DNA of 64,000 nt from the human T2T-CHM13v2.0 reference genome, Homo sapiens: assembly GCF_009914755.1 (NCBI RefSeq), contig NC_060932.1. One strand, given 5' to 3'. Of this stretch, positions 43,274-57,295 are shown in pieces. Each line of letters begins with the position of its first letter. Position 1 is the first letter of the stretch. The notes under the pieces were generated by a model. That model saw nothing but the letters and a program-made list of their open reading frames with translations. It did not search any database and was not told the origin of the DNA. Both the position numbers and the translations under genes were made by a program.

Positions 43274-44050
43274 TGTAAGTTTTATGTGTCAGCTTGGCTA
43301 GGCCATGGTACCCAGATATTTGGCCAAACACTAGTCTAGGTGTTGTGAAGGTATTTTAAGGATGTGATTCATGTTTAAACTGGTGTAGTTTAAGTGAAAC
43401 AGATTATTCTTATGTTTGTGGGTGTATTAGTATGCTCTCATGCTGCTCATAAAGACATACACAGTACTAGGTAATTTATAAAGATAAAGAGGTTTTAGGG
43501 ACTCACAGTTCCACATGGCCGGGGAGGCCTCACAATCATGGTGAAAGGTGAACAAGGAGTGAAGTCACATCTTACATGGTGGTAGCAAGGAGAAGAACCA
43601 AACAGAAGGGGGTAACGCCCCTTATAAAACCATCAGATCTCCTGAGAACAAACTCTCCTGAGAACAGGATGGGGGGAAACACCTCCATCGTTCAATTATC
43701 TCCACCTGATCCCTTCCATGACACATGGGTATTATGGGAACTAGAATTCAAGATGAGATTTGGGTGGGGACACAGCCAAATCATATCAGTGGGCCTCATC
43801 CAGGAAGATAAAGACCTTAAGAGAACAAGCATTAAGTTCCCCAAAGAAGAGGGAATTCTACCTCCAGACTGCCCTTTCATCAGCCACAACTGCATGAGCC
43901 AATTTCTTAACATATATCTCTCTGTGTATGTGTGAGTACTTGTATACTTATACATATCTTATAACCTATATGACATATATATGATATGTGCATATCATAT
44001 ATAATATGCACATAACCTATTCTGTTTCTATAGAGAGCCCTGACTAAGGA
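43274..44050 (+). mobile_element. ERVL LTR (MLT2C/D-like), interrupted by THE1
   Basis: 'ttttatgtgtcagcttggctaggccatggtacccagatatttggccaaaca' ... 'gtgggcctcatcca...gaagagggaattctacctccagactgcc' ... 'ctgtttctatagagagccctgactaa'. Confidence 0.88.
43423..43788 (-). mobile_element. THE1 (C/D-like) solo LTR
   Basis: tgtattag...ggggacacagccaaatcatatca; perfect 5-bp TSD gtggg (43418-43422, 43789-43793). Confidence 0.95.
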
Positions 44051-44865
44051 ATGGCTTTTATTTATAAATGGAAGTAGTTTTTTTAGATAGGAATAGTAGT
44101 GTGAAGTTGCTTTTTAGTAACAGAATGAAGAGAGAACTGGTGAACTCATATAACAGCAGACTTCACGGAAGGTTTCTGCCAATGGCTTCAAACACTGAGC
44201 AATACGCTGAGGGTTCACTGAGGTTAAGTCATATATTTAAGGCATGTCAATCATGTGTTTCTGTCTCCTTTGGCATGCACCTGAACTAACACTGGCATAG
44301 AATGACAGAAGGGTGGGCTTAACAAGGGTTGGGGTGTTGACAATCAAGAAGGCATGTAAGGGCAAGGGTTTTAGAGTGAAGTTCACATTTGTAATTATAT
44401 TTCCTAAAGTTTAAGCTGAGAAAGGAGAGATGTGAAAGACAATAAAGAGATGGTTGCACAATGGTTTAGTGGTCTTGGAGATGTTGACCCATTAGTGATA
44501 TCAAGATAAAGTGAGAGTAAGATTGGAAGACAGAAGGAGGTAGTAAGAGAGTATATTGCTGTCAGTGAAATTATGAAGGGGTTGAAGAATTTGGCAATGA
44601 TAAGGACTAAGGGTATGACCATGGGATTAGATAGTTTAGAAAGGGGATGACCCAAGACATTTGAAAGACAAGGGCCAGGTACAAGTGGACAGAGCAAAGG
44701 AATCTAATATTTTCAAGAAATGAAAATGAGGAAAAACCTGAGATTTTGTTGTTTGATGAATCCCATGTCATCAGTTTATATTGCGCACTCACTTCTTGTT
44801 GCAAAGCTGGAAAGATTTAGAAGTGAGGGAAAATTAATTGGGAACAGCAGTGAGGAGTAAAACGT

Positions 44866-45360
44866 TGTGGTAGATAAAAACGGTACAATGATTTCTTAAA
44901 GTTATCCACACCCTAACATAGGGAACCTGTGTCTATATTACCTTACATGGCAGAAGGGAATTTGCAGATGGGATTAAGATTAAGGACCCTCAGATGGGGA
45001 CCTTGTGATTAGGTGGAACTCATCTAATTGCAAGTGTCCTTACAATTAGAGAAACTTTTCTAGTTGAGATCAGAGGGAAATGTGACTATGGAAGAATGGT
45101 CAGAAAAATGCAATGTTGCTGGCTTGGAGGATGCAGGTAGGGAGACAAGAGCCAAGGATGGTAGCACTACAAAAAAACTGGGAATGACCTTCAGCTCACA
45201 CTAAGCAAGAAAATGGGGAGCTGGATTCCATAGCCCCCAGGAATGAAATTCTGCCAAAAGCCCAGATGAACAGGAAACAAATCCCCACCTAGAGCCTCCA
45301 TAAAAGAAGGTAACTTATTTTAGCCCACCAAGACCTATATTGGACTTCTGACCTACAACA
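44866..45360 (+). mobile_element. MaLR LTR (MLT1D/E-like), 3'-truncated
   Basis: 'attaccttacatggcagaagggaatttgcagatg', 'aatgttgctggcttggaggatg', 'ctagagcctcca' and 'ggacttctgacctaca'. Confidence 0.85.
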
Positions 45361-45759
45361 ATAGGAAATTAATGCAGAATTAAAACTACCCCACTAACTA
45401 TTCCAGATATTAAAGGGGAATGATCGAGGAGGAAAAAATAAAACACAGCTTGAGAAAATTCTAGAGAAGCAAATTACATCATCCTCAATTTCTGTTCACA
45501 AAGCTTCAGTTACTCCCAGGTTCATCACAGCCAGTCCCAACCCTGACATAAACAGACAGCCAGGTTCTGAGAACACGGCCAGCCATGTGGGGGCTGACAC
45601 CCTGCTTCCAGAGAAGTAAAGGTTAAACTTGGTGTTGAACTGACTGAATTAATAAATTCAGAATCTTCCTGTTGTGTTTTTTGGAGGGGTCCCTGCCACC
45701 TTGAATTTTTTAAAAAAAGAGTATTCATTAATGGAAGCCAGAATTTGGGAATCATTGTT

Positions 45760-46276
45760 TTAAAAATCTCTTCCTAAAACCCTTTTGAATTCCTCTATTA
45801 AATCTATGCCCTTGTTAATTGTCCTAGGCATAATTGTCTCTCTCACCTGGTTTGTGTCTTCCCTTCTACTCACCTGCCCTGCCACCACATTCTCCTCAGA
45901 GAAACCACAGTCATCCTTCATTGGCCCTTTTCTTCTGCTACAGGCATCACCTTGACTTTTGGAGGAAAAAAGTCTGGTAAGATGCCCTCTCACTGTTTAG
46001 TTCACTCATATTTACATTTCAGACCTGTGCTTAATCCACTGTCTCAGGTGAGCAAGTCTTGGCATCTGAATAGGTCAACAATACCTATTGTATATTCTCA
46101 TAGCATTATAAAAGTGATGTATTCTACTTTTATTTATTTGACACTTTGATTATATTTATCTCTCCACCACCAGGCCTTAACATCCTGAAGGTAGGATCAT
46201 GTCTGTTTTCATTCTTCATTTCTTAGCATACTATTTGAGATGTACCATACCTGGTATCAAAAATAAGAATAAATGA
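45760..46276 (+). mobile_element. L2 3' end relic
   Basis: 'catcctgaaggtaggatcatgtctgttttcattc...aataagaataaatga', L2-like tail. Confidence 0.55.
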
Positions 46277-46539
46277 GCTGGCTGTGATGGCTCAAGCTTG
46301 CGTCCAGGAGTTTGAAACCAGCCTGGGCAACATGACAAAACCTCATCTCTACAAAAAATACAAAAGTTAGCTGCATGTGGTGGCATGTGCCTGTCCCAGC
46401 TACCAGAGAGGCTAAGACCAGAAGGTCGATTGAGCCCAGCAGGTCAAGGCTGGAGGGAGCCGCGATCATGCCACTGCACTCCAGCCTGGGTGAAAGAGCA
46501 AGACCCTGTCTCATAAAAAAAAAAAAAAAAAAAAAAAAA
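46277..46539 (+). mobile_element. AluJ with a left-arm internal deletion
   Basis: J diagnostics ('ttgagcccagcaggtcaaggctg', 'agaccctgtctc'); poly-A; TSD aagaa(t/c)aaatgag at 46265 and 46538. Confidence 0.92.
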
Positions 46540-47403
46540 GAACAAATGAGTGAATGCCCATGAGAACATATGTACTCTGGGATGGAACTAAGAAACCTGT
46601 AGTCATGTATTGAAAAAAAGTCCAGGAAAAGGTTTGAAATTGGTCTGTTAAAATCTCATTGATATTTTTAAAGAGACCATTTAGGGTCTAGATTATACGG
46701 TAGATTCCTGATGGAATATATTTGGGGATTCCTTTCTTTCTTTTTTACAAATATCTGGGTGACATAACTTATAACAAGATAGACCTGCAGAAAAGCTCTA
46801 ATCTCATTTCTATTACTTTGAGAGATAAAAGAAAGCATGCATTACAGCTTTGCAAGTATGTTGAAAAGCACATGAGAAATATTTTAGAAATAGCCCATCC
46901 ATATTTCAATATTTCAGGAACAATATTTTAGGACATGCACGATCAATTTGTTTAGACAGATGCTGTGCATCTGAGTGAGTGTGAGGGTGTGTTTTCCTAG
47001 ATCTCCTCCTATCCGCATTTTTCTCTGCTCAGCACTGTCTAGAATCAACCCATGCTAGGGCAGTATGCAGATAGAAAGCTCTGTGAAGCCCTACATTAGG
47101 ACCTCCCATCACTGGCCTCTGGCTCTAACACTGCAGTATGTGTTATTGTTTGAATGAGATTTGGTGATTATCAGTCACCCAATGTTAGGAAGAATATCAT
47201 TTCAGGAAGAACACCTGAATTCAGAAAATATGAAGCCGAAGAATATCAAGGAACTTGTAAAGTACATAGTTATGGCTCTCAGTAGATTGGATTTGTTATA
47301 ACAGGCTATGGAGAAAGAAACTTGTAAATATAAATAGTTACTACTAATAAGTATTGTCTGTCTGTCAGGCACACTGCTGTCATCGGGTAATAGAGTATCT
47401 CAT

Positions 47404-47789
47404 TGCTGTGGTAACAATGTGCTGAATGTTTCTCCCAAAGTTTGTGTGTTGAAAACTTAATCCCCAATGCAACTGTGCTGAGAGGTGGAAACTTTAAGAG
47501 GTGATTAGGTCATGAGGGTTCTACCCTCAGGAATGGTTTAATATTGTTATCGTAGGAGTGGGATCCTCATAAAAGGATGAATTTGTCCTCTGCTTCCCCC
47601 TCTTTCTCTCACATTCACTCGTATGATGCTTTCTGCCATGTTATTACACAGCAAGAAGGCTCTCATCTGATTCTGGTGCTTTGATCTTGGACTTCCCACC
47701 CACCAGAATCATGGGAAATAAATTTTGGTTCTTTCTCAATTATCTAGTCTTGGGTGTCCTGTGATGGCAGCACAAAATAGACTGAGACA
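47404..47789 (+). mobile_element. MST (MSTB/C/D-like) solo LTR inserted in a MIR
   Basis: 'gttgaaaacttaatccccaatgcaac...taagaggtgattaggtcatgaggg...gcagcacaaaatagactgagaca'; TSD ctcat/gtcat. Confidence 0.9.
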
Positions 47790-48215
47790 GTCATTTAAAT
47801 TTCACAAAATGAATTCAAGTAGACGTCATTATGATCCCCCTTTTACATAACAGTGTCATTACACTGTCGTTTCTAAGGAATAAACATACTTCCCCAGTTC
47901 ATGTAAGATAGTAACAGTGTTATGTTTTCTTATCTTCCTTTATTCCCACTTTTCAACCAGATCAAATTATTCAGTCATTCAAGTCAATTCTTTGTTTGAA
48001 AAATACTTAATTCCGTGGGGAGTTAGGAGAGACATAAGAGAGAAAAAAAATCTAACGGTATTTATTCCAGGACTATTCTGGGGAAAGAGACAAGTGGTAG
48101 CACCACAGGGGGCTATCCTCTCAGGAATTATGTCCATTCCTTAAAACAAGGAGAATTCTGTGGTACTTCTTTGGAGAAATAATCTGTAGGTGGGATCTGA
48201 AGATACTGAAGAGGG

Positions 48216-48574
48216 TGATATGGTTTGACTCTGTGTCCCCACCCAAATCTCATCTCAAATTATAATCCCCACATGTCGAGGGGGAGACTTGGTGGGAGGG
48301 GATTGGAACATGGGGCGGTTTCCCCCATGCTGCTCTTGTGATAGTGAGTGGGGTCTCTGGAGATGTGATGGTTTTATGCACCTGGCAATTCCCCTCCTTT
48401 CTATTTCTTCCTGACACCTTGTGAAGAACGTGCTTGCTTCGCCTTCCACCATGATTGTAAGTTTCCTGAGGCCTCCCCAGCCCTGTGGAACTGTGAGTCA
48501 TTTAAACCTCCTTTCAGTATAAATTACCCAGTCTCCAGTAATTGTTTATAGCAGTGTGAAAATGGACTAATACA
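48216..48574 (+). mobile_element. THE1D-like solo LTR
   Basis: tgatatggtttgactctgtgtccccacccaaatctcat ... aatggactaataca; perfect TSD gaggg. Confidence 0.95.
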
Positions 48575-49452
48575 GAGGGGCAGTAGATGATGAAATAGGA
48601 AGCATGTAAATCATTTTTATCAAAAGTGAAAATATGAGCTCCCAGGAACACCTGTCAATATGACTGACAGCAAGTACAAAGTGCCTGGGGGAGAAAATCC
48701 CAAGGAAGCAAGATAATAATGTGCGTGGCCTGTTCAATAAGCACTTAGCCTGAGGTCTTTCCAATATGCAAAGCAAAGCAAGTGTGCTTGTGCACTTTCT
48801 TCTGTCTTCGGCATGCTGACTTTCTTGCAGCAACCCAGACTTGTCCTATAAAAGTTCTTTAATTCATTCGTCCTAAAAGGCCTTCATGGTAGCTGCTGTT
48901 TGAAAAGATTATAAAATGTAGGCTTAAAAGAAATACATCTGAAATGGATGAATGTGGCTAATGAGATGTCTTATAATTAAAGTGTAGAACTCCCTGCCAC
49001 ACGTTATTAAGACTCAGGAATCTTCAAACAAGAATTACAACAGGGAGAACATCAGCAATGCCATTAACAGTGATAAAATTAGAAGGGAGATCAATCATGC
49101 TACTTTAGGGCACACACTGAGGGCTGGACAAGGTGGAGAAGATTTTATGTTGTAGGATATCACTTAAGCATCACAGTTTCATACGTAAAGCCCTTGCATC
49201 TTAAACATGAGTGACTTTTCTATGATTACTCCGTTTTGATCTCTATTATATATTTACTATTAATTTACTAGTGTTTGCCTTCTCAATACTAGATGCATTC
49301 TCTTTGCCATCTTTAAAATGGTTACAACATTCTGGTTTCTTTTAGGCCTATGGTCATTTGAACTGAAATGGTACAGTAGGATTATTGCTCGAAAAGGAAG
49401 AAAAAAATGCTAGGTTTTACCCATTTTACCCTCCAGCGAATAATTTCCATAA

Positions 49453-49760
49453 TTTTTTTGGGAGGGGAGATAGGTTCTTGCTCTGTCACCCAGGCTGGAG
49501 TGCAGTGGCATGGTCATGGCTCATTGCAGACTTGACCTCCCAGGCTCAAGCAGCTCTCCTCCCTCAGCCTCCTGAGTAGCTATGGCTACAGGCATGCACC
49601 ACCATGCCTAGCTAACCTTTTAAAAAAGATATTTGTTTGTGGAGATGGGGTTTCACTATACTGCCCAGGCTGCTGGTCTCAAACTTCTGGGCTCAAGTAA
49701 TCCTCCTGCCTTGGCCTCCTAAAGTGCTGGGATTATAGGTGTGAGCCACTGCAGTCAGCT
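49453..49760 (-). mobile_element. AluJ
   Basis: 'gacttgacctcccaggctcaagc' and 'ctgggctcaagtaatcctcc'; degenerate TSD t(a/g)attt..cataat. Confidence 0.92.
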
Positions 49761-50504
49761 GATTTTACATAATCTTACATATTAAAAATGAAAATGAAAC
49801 TTGGAGGGTTTTTTTTTCCTGCCCCTCTTTGTCCTTCCACTTGCAAATATTCAGATGAGAATACTGAAAGTAATAATATTGCCTCCCCACACCAAGGTCA
49901 CTGAAGGCATCCGTGGGAAACCTGGAGCTAGACCTCTGACCTTGAGCTCCTATTCCAGCTCTGCTCCCTTTGGACTGCACCAGGCTGCTTGCAGTGACTG
50001 CAGTGAGGGAACAGCTAAGAGTCAGCAGAAAGTAACTGCCAGCCTGCAAAGATTACAGACAAAGGAAACTCTTCCAGGTCATTTCCAAATATATTTTTTC
50101 TCAGGTATCTTAAGTGCTCTTATCACAGCAAGGAATATAACATTAATAGCTTACAAAACTGTTTTCCTCTATGAATAAGTGCATGTATTTAAGTTATGTA
50201 CCTGCCGTGAAACATAATCCCATATAAAGGGCTGTCAGCAGAAAAGGGGGTATTACCTTACTGAAGAGCTAAAACCCCATGCACTTTGTTGCCAAAAAAA
50301 AAAAAAAATGGGTATTTTTCAAGGATGTTTTGAAAATTGCTGCAAACTCAAGGCAACTGTAATTTGTGTTCCATAAGCCTTTTCTTATTTTGCTATTCAG
50401 TTTCCATGGCAAACCCAATATCTAGAAAGTTTAAAGACACTTTGGTGTGACCTTTATATTTTAGTTTTCTTAATATATTAATTGTCTATTGTGATGAGTT
50501 GGCT

Positions 50505-50635
50505 TAAATATGTATATATATATTTTTAAATATATATGTGTGTATACATATTCATTATATGTATTTACTATATATACATTTATTCATATATTTAAATATA
50601 TATAAATGTACACATTTATTTATATATATATTTAA
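50505..50635. repeat. (TA)-rich low-complexity tract
   Basis: Interrupted tatata runs. Confidence 0.9.
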
Positions 50636-53446
50636 GCATCTTCTCAGTATTACAAACTCATATTAATGTTTGTAATTTTAGGACACAAGTAACTTCCATC
50701 TGGGAATCATTTAATAGTATAAGTGAATTCAACTTGAAATCACAGAATAAAAGAAGAAAAATATACACACACATTGTGTTTGTGTTTGGTGATAGCGGAT
50801 GTAAAAGTAGCTGAAAACTAGATATTTGGCAAAACATTTGAAAATTAATTAATGTGAGAGTCTAAAGCTGAATATTTATTCCTTTGTATCTCAGGATATA
50901 TATCTTCTTCTTTTTTATGTTTTACAATATTCTATAAAGTAATCTTCCTCCTGCCCCTAGCAGTTATTATTATTTCAATTTTGAATTATCCCAAAAATTG
51001 ACTAAGAATGAAAAACAAAATCTTTAATATTTTTAAGGTACATTCCTTTGTTTTTCCCTTTTCAGTTCTTCTTAAGATCACTATTATAAGAGATGTCAAG
51101 AGATAAAACATTGGAAATTCTAAGATATTCTAGAGACTTCTGTGATTTTTTTCCAGTTGACCATGATATCTCTGCTTCTCATAGAGAAGAAGAAAGTAAT
51201 TGCCTTACAATGTAGGCTTTGCTTAGTGAGCTGAAACAATATTTTACTTGTCATTAATTAAATGAGCTAATGGAGCTTTTGTGATATAATACGAAATTGT
51301 TTTTTTGAAGGACTGTATTGGCTCCAGACAGAATTCTAAGCTGACAGTAGGCTGTTGAAAAGGAAAGGAAGAGAAACTGTCAATTTATGTTGACATGCAG
51401 TAAAATTGAAAATCAGGTCAATATTGTTGACAGGATTTACTTGCAGATATTGTACTCTACTTTGCTGTAATATCAGAAACATTTTACCGTGGATAGTTAG
51501 AACAAAGTCAGTTGGCTAAATCTTCTAATATATGTGTTTTCCTCTAACTATAAATCTGTGAATGGATTTAAAACTATACAGCTCAATCTTTTAACGGTGT
51601 TTATATGATTACCAAACACAGCACACAGGAATGCATCGATAGAGGTAATTTCTGCCAATATTTGCACCAAAGTGTATGTAACTAGTTATGAAACAATGGA
51701 ACAAGGGCAGAGTAACACATTTGACCATGATTTGGAATGTGAGGTGTGAAAGTAGACAACAGAACATGGATTTAAAATTGTAAGTGGCTTGTCCTCGTGT
51801 TTTGCTTTTAGGTAAAATAAAACGTGTATCATGATGCACATGAATTTTTGCTTGTTGAATTTTGTTTATTTTGGTGTTTCTATCTTGGGCTACTTTTAAA
51901 GTAGCCTTTCAAAGATCATAGAGGAAGATGGATTTAATAACAACATGCATTATAGGAAATTAGTGAATTCTGAGTCTTTCAGGTAGAAGCAATGAATACC
52001 ATTTATATTTTGGCAGAGTAACAAAATCTTATATCTTAGTACTAAAATTATAGTAAAACCCCATTTTGAACTCTATAAATGCCAGAAAATCACATGTAAA
52101 ATTTAAATTACCAATTAAAGTGTGTAAAAATACTATTAGTGAAAGTATAGGTGGCTGGTAAAACTGTTTAGAAAAACTCAAGGGAGAGATTTCTACAATG
52201 AATGTCATGTACCATTGAGAATGGAATGAACTAGTTGTAGAAGTATAATGAGTAGAGTTTCATTGTGGCCCACATCCACAAAGTAAACCCAGATAAATAT
52301 CTGTCACGCAACAGTGCATTCTTAGATAAAAATTTTGAAGTTATATATCTCCCTCTTCAGAAAGCAAACATCCTGATTAGTAAAACAACATTTGGTCACC
52401 AAGGGACCGTTTGTATCAACATACTTTTATGAAAGAATGACATTTTAGAAATAGTTCTTCATTTCTGACTAAGAATCCCTGTTTATCTTAACAAGCAGAA
52501 CATTTTGTCATAGTTAGAACTACGTTTGTAATAAGACAAGGTAGATGTTATAATATTCTCTATGGTGAAAATTGATGATCCTTGATTTTGTTACTGAATA
52601 GCTACATCTTCCTTCCCCTCTTTTATTTTTTCTTCAAACAATATTTACTGAATTTCAAGTGCATATATGGTAATATTTAACTTTAGAGTTATAGAAATAA
52701 ATTATATAATATCTGTCCTCCAAAAGGTTGTGGTCTAGGAGGTGTTAGGGTCATACTGCTTCCTTCAAAATAATAGTCTTGGTTTCAGGGTCCAAAATTT
52801 CAGAAAATAGCGGTTGCTTTCTGGATTTCAAAGTTGAGATTGGGGTTTTCAGCTCTCATGACTACAAATATATCCTCTGGACCACCACCCACCCCCACCC
52901 CGCCGTCTTTCATGAAGCAGTAAGGAAATTATGTTCCTCGGTAGATTCAAGTTGAACAAGAAGACAGAATTTTAATTTCCAGCTTCCATTAATATGATTT
53001 TAACTATTTTCTGCAATAGGATCTTTCCTTTTACTCTTTGTCCTTTACAGAAAAGGAAGTCTAGTTTCCAGCTCATGGCCAGGCAACCTTTGAAGGACAA
53101 TCATGTTGAAATTGAGCTAAGGTAATTAAACTCAATTTTTTGACCTCCATGTTTACTACTTTATTGCCCTGTAAAAGCAACTCTATCTGCCTGGAGTCTG
53201 GCCTAGAGCTATGTCAAGTTCTGTCTGTCCCAGAAATTGCAGTGATTCTAAGGCTCTCATGGGCAGGGAGGACCCCGGAATGGTGTGAGGCTGGTCACAG
53301 CTGCTGAATATTTCTCTGGATCATCAAAAGGGTTTATTTTCCCGTCATTCTTTTAGGTTTTGTTGACCAGACCTTGAAAAATACAGCAGCAACAACAACA
53401 AAACTTTGGCCACAGAATGTGTATTGTGCTAAAATACATTAAAAGG

Positions 53447-54135
53447 ATTAAAAAGTCAGGAAACAACAGGTGCTGGAGAGGATGTGGAGAAATAGGAACA
53501 CTTTTACATTGTTGGTGGGACTGTAAACTCGTTCAACCATTGTGGAAGTCAGTGTGGCGATTCCTCAGGGATCTAGAACTAGAAATGCCATTTGACCCAG
53601 ACATCCCATTACTGGGTATATACCCAAAGGATTATAAATCATGCTGCTATAAAGACACATGCACATGCATGTTTATTGTGGTACTATTCACAATACCAAA
53701 GACTTGGAACCAACACAAATGTCCAACAATGATAGACTGGATTAAGAAAATGTGGCACATATACACCATGGAATACTATGCAGCCATAAAAAATGATGAG
53801 TTCATGTCCTTTGTAGGGACATGGATGAAACTCGAAATCATCATTCTAAGTAAACTATTGCAAGAACAAAAAACGAAACATCGCATATTCTCACTCATAG
53901 GTGGGAATTGAAGAATGAGAACGCATGGACACAGGAAGGGGAACATCACACTCTGGGGACTGTTGTGGGGTGGGGGGAGGGGGGAGGGATAGCTTTAGGA
54001 GATATACCTAATACGAAATGATGAGTTAATGGGTGCGGCACACCAGCATGGCACATGTATACATATGTAACTAACCTGCACATTGTGCACATGTACCTAA
54101 AACTTAAAGTATAATAATAATAAAAGAAAAGAAAA
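53447..54135 (+). mobile_element. Young primate L1 (L1PA2-4-like), 5'-truncated: ORF2 C-terminus, 3' UTR and A tail
   Basis: Translates to [40 protein letters not shown]...IGGN* (ORF2p cysteine-rich C-terminus); poly-G tract at about 53967; 'GAG' rather than 'ACA' at the Ta diagnostic site; 'aaaacttaaagtataataa' end. Confidence 0.97.
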
Positions 54136-54423
54136 TATTCTATTTTAGCCTTCAAGATATATAGCTTTTTTCAAATGCAATTGATTTATGTTAATTATTG
54201 CAAAAGATAAATGAAGATTGTTTTCACATTCAGATTTGCCTCTCAGTGTGTTTTTCACTGACCATGTTGAAACCTAGATGTATGAACAAGGGAGAGATTG
54301 ATCACCATGCTTGTTTTTGTATTTGTTTTGTTTTGTTTTAATTCCTAAGGATATATTTGACTCCCTGAGTCCTCAGAACTTAGAAAAGTTCCTGGCATTT
54401 CATACGAGAGCAGTAGATACTGA

Positions 54424-54787
<364 letters not shown>

Positions 54788-56261
54788 CTAATGTCTTTTC
54801 TTTGTTTCAGGGCATCCTTATTGGGACTACCCAGAACTATGGGATTCCATAAAGCTTCTTTAGGTATCTTCTTTCTGTTTCAGATAACTCAAAAACCTGA
54901 ATGGAAATGCTCAACTTCTGGTCAAAAGCATTACACTTCTACATCAACAGATTTCATCACAACCTTTTCACATGCTGGTCAGACACTTTCTTTGGCAGAT
55001 ATTGGCATTTTATTACTTGAATAAAGTAAAAAGAAATTAATTTTTGGTCAGTAAATTAATACATTAATACATTAAGTTTTGGTCAATAGTTTTTGTTACT
55101 ATTGCAGAAAAAAAATAGAAGAGTAATTCTTAGAGTCAGATCAACAAGTCAGCAAGTTAGTAAACAAATGTACTCTCCAAAATGTCATTATCTAATGAAA
55201 ACTAGAAATGCAGTTGGATTTTGTCCTAATGGCCTCCTTTTATCTATGGCGGGGTTGATGCACTATGATGAAGTGGGATCACCTGTTGGTGAGAGGTAGC
55301 ATTTTGGTGCACACAGCAGTAACCCTCTTTATTCAGGAAGATGCACAGAAATGAAAAGAACAAAACACCTGAAAACAAAATAAACAAAAACTCTTCTCTT
55401 TGTTGCTCTATGAGCAACATAAGCTTTGACATTAGAACCCAAGTGTGCTAAAACGTTTGACAAAATGAGAATATTCTCTGGTGATGGACACAGACAAATT
55501 CTTCCTGTGTTTTTCTGTAGTTTTGAGACTTGACTGTAGAAAAAGCAATAACCAGTTGTCCAAGTATGATTTGGAACTAAACTTGAAGAGGATAAGCACA
55601 GGAGCTGCTGTGGAGAGTTTGGGAGCCCAAACAGTCAAGTGGCTTTGCAGCACCGCTCGAGAGGCAATGAGGTTGATCGAAGATGGCAGGTGGTAACTCC
55701 GAGCCTTTGAGCAGGGAGCCCTAGAGACTTGTGGGAGGAGGGAAAGGAGGCTGGAGAAAATAAAAGCTCTCAGCTGCACTTCTCTGTAAAGGACATCTTT
55801 CATTGCTGATCCTAACACTGTCCTCTCTCTCTCTCTCTCTCTCCCTCTCATCTCAATGCCTCTAATAAACTCACTTATTTAATTGTGTCTTGTGGTTATG
55901 TGTATTAGAAGATTTACAGAGACATTAGAAAGAATTCTATCAAGAAGAGTTTTACAAATTATCACATCATGCTGTAGCCTAGCCATTTCATTTTGCGAAA
56001 CCTGCGTTTCTTCACAGAATACTCTTTAAGATGTGTGATCCTTTTATGATTCAGACATGCAGTGCTTATTGCTAAAGAATGTTAATGTGGGCACTAGAAT
56101 CCCAGATGCCAATGAGCCTGGATTTAAAACAGTGCAGCTGGAGTCATGTCTCAGGAGGGAGGAGGGTGAAGCCAAGCAGTGGGAGTTAGATCAGGAAGAG
56201 AAATGGTGGGTGAAAAAACAGAGGTTCTGAAGAAGGCAAAGGACTATAAGCACTATATATG

Positions 56262-56262
<1 letters not shown>

Positions 56263-56298
<36 letters not shown>
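56263..56298. repeat. (TG)n microsatellite
   Basis: Pure TG run of about 18 units. Confidence 0.97.
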
Positions 56299-56301
<3 letters not shown>

Positions 56302-56940
56302 GAGGATAGAAAATCCATGCAGTGAAATAGTAGTAAAGGCACATTGCCTTTGGATGATGATAAGAACCAAAATTAAGGTGGGTGATGAGAAGACAAGAAA
56401 CAACGGGAACATCTAACGGTCTAGGTTTCATGAAAATGAAAGGTTTCAAGACAGGGTAGTGAAGGAAGTGCCAGGCTTGTGCTGGATTGGGTTCCTTCTC
56501 ATTATAAATGCTACTGAGAATGCTTGCGATGAATCAGGTGCCAAAATTATAAAGGAGTGTGGAGAAATGTCATGGAAATCATAGATGACAATTAAAAATT
56601 GATTGGGGATGCACAGGGGTGCAAGCTGATGGTGCCTACATTTCTTCCTGGCCTCAGTTATGTGGGCTCAGAAGTAAAACTGTCTCAAGTATTGAGGGTT
56701 GTAAAGGTATTTGTGTTGCCAGGATTTTATATGCTTCAGTTAATATGTTGAAAAGAAAAGATAGACATTAGAAGGATGGCTGTCAAGAGGAAAATGAAGG
56801 TCAAAATAGAAAGTTATAAAAGATGGGTAGAATTAAAACCTATGCTATGAAGTGACAAGAACAGAGAATTAACACTCCTTTAGAAAAGGTGAAAATCCTG
56901 TTTATACTACATTAACCATCAAGTAATGGCAGTCAGAGAG

Positions 56941-57295
56941 TGTATTGGTCTGTTTTCACACTGCTCATAAAGACATATCTGAGACTGGGTAATTTATACA
57001 GGAAAAAGGCTGAATGGACTCACAGTGCCAGATGGCTGGGGAGGCCTCACAATCATGGTGGAAGGCAAGGAGGAGCAAGTCACATCTTACATGGAATGGC
57101 AGCAGGCAAAGAGAGAGAGCGCTTGTGCAGGGAAACTCCCCCTTATAAAACCATCAAATCTCATGAGACTTATTCACTATCATGAGAAGGGCATGGAAAG
57201 ACCCACTCCATGATTCAGTTACCTCCCACAGTCCCTCCCACAACACATAGGAATTCAAGATGAGATTTTCAGGGGGACACAGCCAAACCACATCA
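56941..57295 (-). mobile_element. THE1A/B-like solo LTR
   Basis: tgtattggtctgttttcac ... ggggacacagccaaaccacatca; perfect TSD gagag. Confidence 0.95.

Noticed and set aside
48102-48116. CTCF-like accacagggggcta
   Set aside because: Five mismatches to the 14-bp core.
53417-53911. 164-aa ORF as a host gene
   Set aside because: It is the C-terminus of L1 ORF2p in a truncated insertion.
53967-53988. G-quadruplex-forming G tract
   Set aside because: Standard feature of the L1PA 3' UTR, not novel.
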